From Candidatus Methanoperedenaceae archaeon GB37 (GTDB lineage: Archaea; Halobacteriota; Methanosarcinia; Methanosarcinales; EX4572-44), in the NCBI GenBank assembly GCA_905171695.1, contig LR991653.1:1658150-1722149 (forward strand): a stretch of 64,000 bases of DNA, written 5' to 3'. The notes below the pieces were generated by a model. The model ran no database searches and was not told the DNA's origin. It saw only the letters and a list, made by a program, of their open reading frames with translations. Below, piece by piece: positions 58,411-64,000 of this stretch (position 1 is its first letter; every line of letters begins with the position of its first letter). A program made the translations under genes and the position numbers.

Positions 58411-59589
58411 ATGATCTCTATCGCCCTTGCCGGGAAGCCAAACTCTGGCAAATCCACCTTCTTCAAGGCTGCCACGATGGCAGACGTCGAGATTGCGAAC
58501 TATCCGTTCACAACGATCGATGCCAATCACGGGATAGCTCACCTGCGCGTCGAGTGTCCATGCAAGGAACTCCAGCTCGAGGATTGTAGATCCTGCCGTG
58601 ATGGTGTCAGGTTTCTCCCTCTCGAACTGATCGACGTGGCAGGCCTCGTACCGGACGCACATAAAGGCAGAGGGCTTGGAAACGCCTTCTTGGACCATTT
58701 GAGCCGTGCAGATGCGATAATCCACGTGATCGATGCGAGCGGCATGACCGATATAGAGGGAAACCCGATCGGAAGAGGAGAACACGATCCACTCGAGGAT
58801 ATAGGGTTCCTTGAGCGGGAGATCGATATGTGGATCCTAGGGATTCTCCAGCGCAACTGGAAGAGGATATCAAAGAAGGGTGGTATAGAGAGGATTCCGA
58901 TCGAACGCATCATTGCAGAACAACTCGGCGGAGTAGGGGTTGATGAGAGAGATGTCCGGACCGCTCTCTCTCGACTCGAGCTTGGAGAGAAGCCAGAGAC
59001 GTGGAGTGAAGACGAACTCCTGAGAGTTGTCGAGGAGATTCGCAGGCTGAAGAAACCGATAATCATAGCAGCAAACAAAGTGGATATAGCACCAGAAGAG
59101 AACATTAAAAAACTCGAAGAACTCGACCGCGATGTGATCTTCCTAAGCAGTGCTGCAGAGCTTGCACTCATGACCGCCGCAAAGACCGGTGTGATCACCT
59201 ACCTTCCAGGCGACAGAGGCTTCAGAGTGATCGGCAGAGGACTATCAGAAGCACAGAGACGAGCCCTTGAGAGACTCGAAAGCTTCGTTGAGAGAAACAA
59301 CGGAACAGGACTCCAGGAGTGCGTCAACCGGGTCGTCTTCGACCTTCTCGAGAAGATAGTGGTCTACCCAGTGGAAGATGAGAACAGATGCTCAGATAAG
59401 AACGGCCGGGTACTCCCGGACGCATTCATCGTGGATCGATCCTGCACCACAAGAGAACTCGCCTACAAGGTGCACACCGAGATCGGTGATAGCTTCCTCT
59501 TCGGAATCGATGCCAGAACCAGGATGCGAATAGGTGAAAGACACGTTCTTAAAGACGGTGATGTGATCAAGATCGCATCTGTGAAATGA
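58411..59589 (+). CDS. YchF/DRG-type P-loop GTPase/ATPase with C-terminal TGS-like domain
   Basis: ALAGKPNSGKSTFF P-loop, NKVD specificity motif, C-terminal VLKDGDVIKI. ATG at 58411 within tracked ORF 58306..59589. Confidence 0.8.
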   Translation: MISIALAGKPNSGKSTFFKAATMADVEIANYPFTTIDANHGIAHLRVECPCKELQLEDCRSCRDGVRFLPLELIDVAGLVPDAHKGRGLGNAFLDHLSRADAIIHVIDASGMTDIEGNPIGRGEHDPLEDIGFLEREIDMWILGILQRNWKRISKKGGIERIPIERIIAEQLGGVGVDERDVRTALSRLELGEKPETWSEDELLRVVEEIRRLKKPIIIAANKVDIAPEENIKKLEELDRDVIFLSSAAELALMTAAKTGVITYLPGDRGFRVIGRGLSEAQRRALERLESFVERNNGTGLQECVNRVVFDLLEKIVVYPVEDENRCSDKNGRVLPDAFIVDRSCTTRELAYKVHTEIGDSFLFGIDARTRMRIGERHVLKDGDVIKIASVK

Positions 59590-59647
59590 TCATATAGAAG
59601 GATTAATAAGTAGCTATTGACAGAATAATAGCCAAGAGGCTGCTAGA

Positions 59648-60769
59648 ATGAAAGAGGCAGAAATGGAAGAAGAGGAAGTTTTAACACACTTAGACGAATT
59701 TTATGCTAAAAACACGTCCTATAAACGGGTATTTAGCTCAATGTGCACGTATCCACACCCTATAGCTGTGAAAGTCCATCACAAGTTCATAGCATCCAAT
59801 CTCGGCGACCCTGGACTCTTTGCAGGTACAGCAGAGATTGAGAAGAGGGTGGTGCGATGGATAGGAACGATGCTCCATAACCCCAACGCCACAGGTTATA
59901 TCACGACTGGAGGAACGGAATCCAACATCCAGGCAATTCGAGCTGCTAGAAACTCTATTGGTGCAAAAAACCCGAATATCATAGTCTCAGAATCGGCGCA
60001 CTTCTCATTTGACAAGATCTCAGACCTTCTCCAGGTAGAGGTCAGAAAAGCAGAACTTGACGAGGAGATGCGAGCCGATATCAGCTCGGTTGAAAGTCTT
60101 ATAGATAGCAATACCGTTGCGCTTGTAGGTATAGCAGGAACGACAGAATTCGGGCAGATCGACCCGATAAGAGAGATGTCAACGCTTGCAGAAGAGCACA
60201 ACCTCTTCCTTCACGTTGACGCAGCCTTCGGTGGATTCGTCATACCCTTCCTCGAGAGAAGATATGATTTTGACTTTGCTTTGAGCGGAGTTACCTCAAT
60301 CACATCAGACCCGCACAAAATGGGCTTCAGCACTATACCAGCAGGAGGGCTCCTCTTCCGGGAGGACCACCACATCCACCACCTCCAGACAGAGACACCC
60401 TACCTGACCAGAAGAACACAGCACAGCCTCTCAGGCACGAGGAGCGGCGCATCAGTAGCAGCAGCATACGCAGTCATGAGACACCTTGGAATGAAAGGCT
60501 ACAAGAAGATCGTGGAGAACTGCATGGACCTGACAAGACGCCTCGTTCAAAGAGCAGGCGAGATAGGAATACAACCCATAATAGAGCCCGTTACAAACGT
60601 GGTCGTACTCGACGTTCCAGAACTGAACGAGACCCGAGAGAGACTCCACAAGAGAGGCTGGATGACCTCCATCACCCGCAAACCCCCAGGGTTACGCCTC
60701 GTGATAATGCCGCACATAACAGAGGAGACGCTCGATAGCTTCATAGACGACCTCAAGAGAGTAACATAG
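59648..60769 (+). CDS. mfnA: L-tyrosine/L-aspartate decarboxylase (methanofuran/CoA biosynthesis)
   Basis: 373 aa, PLP group II decarboxylase with SDPHKMG lysine motif. Size and N-terminus typical of archaeal MfnA. Confidence 0.85.
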   Translation: MKEAEMEEEEVLTHLDEFYAKNTSYKRVFSSMCTYPHPIAVKVHHKFIASNLGDPGLFAGTAEIEKRVVRWIGTMLHNPNATGYITTGGTESNIQAIRAARNSIGAKNPNIIVSESAHFSFDKISDLLQVEVRKAELDEEMRADISSVESLIDSNTVALVGIAGTTEFGQIDPIREMSTLAEEHNLFLHVDAAFGGFVIPFLERRYDFDFALSGVTSITSDPHKMGFSTIPAGGLLFREDHHIHHLQTETPYLTRRTQHSLSGTRSGASVAAAYAVMRHLGMKGYKKIVENCMDLTRRLVQRAGEIGIQPIIEPVTNVVVLDVPELNETRERLHKRGWMTSITRKPPGLRLVIMPHITEETLDSFIDDLKRVT

Positions 60770-60822
60770 ATTCTACGGGTAAATCCAAGCGAGGTCGGAT
60801 CCCACTCGTTATCCCTTTCTCG

Positions 60823-61521
60823 TTATCCTTTCTTGAACCTCCATTCTGCCTGTCGCAGTATGCCATGGAGCGTGATGACCTCTCTTCTTGTCAGGTTTGA
60901 GCGTCCGAAGATCCGTCTCAGCATGAGGAGTGTTTTATCCTGTTTATGCGGAGGATAACCAGACTCTTCCATCATCCTTCCAAAGTGGTCGATCAAGAGA
61001 TCGAACTCGAATCTTGATGCAGTCTCGATCCTCGGTGGTTGGAAGTCTGAGAGTTCGTATAGGATCACGGCTGCGGCGTGCGAGATGTTCATGCTCGTGT
61101 ACTCACTGCTCGTCGGGATCTTTGTTATTATCTCGCACTCTGCAAGCTCTCTCTTCTCAAGTCCCCGGTCTTCACGCCCGAGTACTATTGCCGTGCTTCC
61201 TCTGCGGGCTGTGAGAACCTCTCTCAACTCTCTTGGCGTGAGCGCCGGGGTTCTGACGTGCTCACCTCCTTTGGTACTGGTGATGCCTGTAGAGCCAACT
61301 CTGAGATCGTACCTGGAGATAGCTTCTTTGAACGTGGATACCCTGCGTGCGCCTTCCACCACGTCCCATGCGTGAACCGAGAGTGCGCGTGCAGAGCCAC
61401 CGATCCTGCACGGGTTTACGAGTGTCAGCTCGTGGAAGCCGAAGTTCTTCATCACACGTGCAACCGACCCGATGTTACCCTCGTTCCTGGGTTCGACGAG
61501 CACGACACCTACTCGATTCAC
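60823..61521 (-). CDS. SpoU/TrmH-class RNA 2'-O-methyltransferase (TrmJ-like)
   Basis: 232 aa with VVLVEPRNEGNIGSVARVMKNFG...GRE..GL...E, typical SPOUT motifs. Confidence 0.8.
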   Translation of the reverse strand: MNRVGVVLVEPRNEGNIGSVARVMKNFGFHELTLVNPCRIGGSARALSVHAWDVVEGARRVSTFKEAISRYDLRVGSTGITSTKGGEHVRTPALTPRELREVLTARRGSTAIVLGREDRGLEKRELAECEIITKIPTSSEYTSMNISHAAAVILYELSDFQPPRIETASRFEFDLLIDHFGRMMEESGYPPHKQDKTLLMLRRIFGRSNLTRREVITLHGILRQAEWRFKKG

Positions 61522-61528
61522 GCTCTCA

Positions 61529-62641
61529 TCACTCGAACTGTGGTGTGATCCTTCTGTAGAGTGTGTCTCTTATTGCTGGTTCTCTCCCTGCCTCTCTGAT
61601 TATGGTGTTCAGTTTTGATGGTGCTAAGTACTCGCCACTCGTTGCTCCCGCGCTCTTCGATATTCTCTCTTCCATCAGTGTTCCACCAAGATCGCTTGCA
61701 CCGCAGTGGAGTGCGATCTGAGCGAGCTTCACTCCAAGCTTCACCCAGCTTGCCTGGATATTGTTGATGTGCGTATGGAGGATTATTCGGGCGATGGCAT
61801 GAACCTTCAGATCATCAGTACCGTTTACGCGCTCAAAACCCCTCTCCCTCAAGAGCCTCTCTCCGAGCTCGTTGTTGCGAGGCAGGAACGGGAGTGGTAC
61901 GAACTCGGTGAACCCCCCAGTCCTCCTCTGAAGCTCTCGTATAAGTATCAGGTGCTCTATCCGTTCCTCGACCGTCTCGACGTGTCCGTACATCATCGTT
62001 GCAGTCGTCGGAATTCCTGCCATGTGAGCGGTCTCCACAACCTCTATCCACTCGCGAGCGCTCAACTTTTCAGGGCAGATCTCTTCACGTACGCGCTCTG
62101 AAAGTATCTCTGCAGCTGTTCCAGGCATACTTCCAAGACCGCACTCCCGGAGTCTCAAAAGCGCTCTCTTGATGGTGACTCCAGAGTTTGCCGCCATGTG
62201 CAATACCTCCATTGGAGAGTAGGCGTGGAGGTGGAGGTGTGGAAACTCTGACTTTATACTGTGAAGGATCCTGCAGTACTCCTCGAGTCGTGCACCTTCG
62301 AGGAGTCCTCCCTGGATGCATATCTCACTTACGCCGATCCTGACCGCCTCTCGCACCTTCTCCATGATCTCGTCTATGGAGAAGAGATACCCATCATCAT
62401 CTCTGAATGCACAGAACCTGCAGGAGCCGATGCAACGATTGGTGAAATTGATGTTACGATTGAGAACATAAGTGACCCTCTCCCCACTCGTAATCCTGCG
62501 CAATCTGTCTGCAAGTGCAAATAACTCCAATGGCTCACATTCGGTGAAGAGGTATACCCCATCCGCAGGAGTGATATTGCCCGTCGTGGCACGTTCGAGT
62601 AGAGGTCGTGGTATCTCCCTGAAGTGAGCGGACTGGAGCAT
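61529..62641 (-). CDS. cofH: FO synthase subunit 2 (7,8-didemethyl-8-hydroxy-5-deazariboflavin synthase)
   Basis: 370 aa with NRNINFTNRCIGSCRFCAF radical SAM motif and a CofH-like N-terminus. Confidence 0.85.
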   Translation of the reverse strand: MLQSAHFREIPRPLLERATTGNITPADGVYLFTECEPLELFALADRLRRITSGERVTYVLNRNINFTNRCIGSCRFCAFRDDDGYLFSIDEIMEKVREAVRIGVSEICIQGGLLEGARLEEYCRILHSIKSEFPHLHLHAYSPMEVLHMAANSGVTIKRALLRLRECGLGSMPGTAAEILSERVREEICPEKLSAREWIEVVETAHMAGIPTTATMMYGHVETVEERIEHLILIRELQRRTGGFTEFVPLPFLPRNNELGERLLRERGFERVNGTDDLKVHAIARIILHTHINNIQASWVKLGVKLAQIALHCGASDLGGTLMEERISKSAGATSGEYLAPSKLNTIIREAGREPAIRDTLYRRITPQFE

Positions 62642-62672
62642 TATTAAACGCCTCTAAATCACACAGCACCTT

Positions 62673-63653
62673 TTATACTTTTCTAAATCCCTCTCGATCG
62701 CTAAGCATCTCGATGAGCGGTCTTATCTCATCACTGTACCATGAATCCCTCACATACTTTGGATAGATCGGGAGGCGTTCTCGAAGCGGCATACCGATTC
62801 TCCTTGCAAGCTCCTCGATCCTGGGCCAGGGCGCTTCAGGGTTGATATGGTCTATCGTGACAGTTGATATGCCGCCAAGATCACTCGCACCATGCTCCAC
62901 AAGAGACTTTGGATCGATCAGATTCGGTGGAACCTGAACTGCAACATCCTCTGGCAGAATGCTGCGCGCAAGCGAGACCGCCTCGAGCATCGTGCTCGCC
63001 AATGGAGGCTCACAGCGGCTCATCTTCGTCCCTGGCTTTGGCGAGAAGTTCTGAATGATAACCTCCTGAATATGCCCAAACCTACGATGAACTCGTGCAA
63101 TCGCCTCAAGCGACTCGATCCGATCCGAGAGACTCTCACCAATCCCAATGAGAATCCCGGTCGTGAAAGGAATCTTGAGCCGCCCTGCCTCCTCGATGAA
63201 CCTGAGACGCGTTGCAGGATCCTTGCCAGGCGAATCGGCATGGGCTTCAAGATCGGCAGTCGTCTCAAGCATCAACCCCATACTCGCATTAACAGACTTC
63301 AACCGCCGCAAATCACTGAAAGAGATAACTCCAGCATTGGTGTGCGGAAGCAAACCCATTTCAATAGCCTTTCGAGAACACTCTACCAGATAATCAATAA
63401 AAGAACCAAAACCAATCTCTTCAAGCCTATCCCCAAAACCTTCAACCACCCACGGCGCTTCCCCAAACGTGAAGAGCGCCTCCGCACAGGACGAAAGAGC
63501 ACCACGCCTCAAGAGCCCCACAACCGAGTGATAGTCAAGCAACGCACCCTCCTCATCCACACCACGCTTAAACCCACAGTAAGCACAACTATTACGACAG
63601 ACTCTGGTCAACGGTATGAAGACATTACGAGAGAACGTGACAAAACCCTGCAT
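62673..63653 (-). CDS. cofG: FO synthase subunit 1
   Basis: VTFSRNVFIPLTRVCRNSCAYCGF radical SAM motif. ATG at 63653 preferred within tracked ORF 62673..63695. Confidence 0.85.
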   Translation of the reverse strand: MQGFVTFSRNVFIPLTRVCRNSCAYCGFKRGVDEEGALLDYHSVVGLLRRGALSSCAEALFTFGEAPWVVEGFGDRLEEIGFGSFIDYLVECSRKAIEMGLLPHTNAGVISFSDLRRLKSVNASMGLMLETTADLEAHADSPGKDPATRLRFIEEAGRLKIPFTTGILIGIGESLSDRIESLEAIARVHRRFGHIQEVIIQNFSPKPGTKMSRCEPPLASTMLEAVSLARSILPEDVAVQVPPNLIDPKSLVEHGASDLGGISTVTIDHINPEAPWPRIEELARRIGMPLRERLPIYPKYVRDSWYSDEIRPLIEMLSDREGFRKV

Positions 63654-63732
63654 AGAGCCACCCCAACCACACAAGTCCAGTCGAGACCAAACCACACTCT
63701 TACAAACAAACTCTCACATCACAGAGAGTATA

Positions 63733-63758
63733 AAACATCTTTCATAAACATCTTTCAT
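63733..63758. repeat. 13-bp perfect tandem duplication (AAACATCTTTCAT x2) upstream of cofG
   Basis: Read directly. Followed at 63766-63780 by the hairpin CAGATC-AGA-GATCTG. Confidence 0.9.
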
Positions 63759-64000
63759 CCATTCTCAGATCAGAGATCTGGCAGACCTCCAGACAAACCC
63801 CCATACATATATGAGAACTTTGAAAAACCTTTCCGTCTTTCATCTTTACAATACCAGCAAACAGACCAATAGTCATTCTTTTAATTTTCTGCACTAATAA
63901 AGTCTCAAAGTCTCCCATCCAAGACCTCTAATAGCCCTGCTTCCTCTCACCAAATAGATCCAATGCTACTCCTTCACAACTCTTGATCATCTCATGCAGT

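Overview
64-kb chromosomal segment of a euryarchaeon that uses F420 and methanofuran (cofG/cofH, mfnA). It has archaeal hallmarks: sn-glycerol-1-phosphate dehydrogenase, archaeal-type SAM synthetase, Alba and S17e. It looks methanogen/ANME-like, but the species cannot be assigned from the sequence alone. Layout: 0-13.9 kb is a housekeeping block (UbiE-like MTase, egsA, tRNA-Gln, dapB/dapA, rps17e, SAM synthetase, PUA/PP-loop protein, metG) plus a full lipoylation module (split lplA divergent from two LipS-type radical SAM genes). 13.9-15.2 kb is hairpin-rich non-coding DNA and a 574-bp MITE. 15.3-19.9 kb holds albA, a ClC channel, AMMECR1 and an MFS transporter. 19.9-21.4 kb is an AT-rich island with two orphan membrane ORFs and two paralogous structured elements that show compensatory stem changes (candidate new ncRNA or attC-like sites). 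Next come acs, larB, an NreA-like gene and a UbiA prenyltransferase. 28.3-31.0 kb is a FIST-like/Roadblock/KaiC-like cluster. 31.1-32.6 and 35.9-37.7 kb are transposon debris (two more MITE copies, IS5 and IS630 pseudogenes), with peptidase genes in between. 38.2-39.6 kb carries RelE and HicAB modules. 39.9-58.2 kb is an AT-rich glycan-biosynthesis island in which toxin-antitoxin cassettes alternate with duplicated gene-end fragments. One of these is a 100-bp perfect att-like direct repeat at the 3' end of a radical SAM gene. 58.4-64 kb holds a YchF-like GTPase, mfnA, a TrmJ-like methyltransferase, cofH and cofG. I saw no rRNA, no CRISPR array and no integrase/recombinase gene. All calls rest on manual motif reading of the ORF track and the DNA. 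No database search was run.
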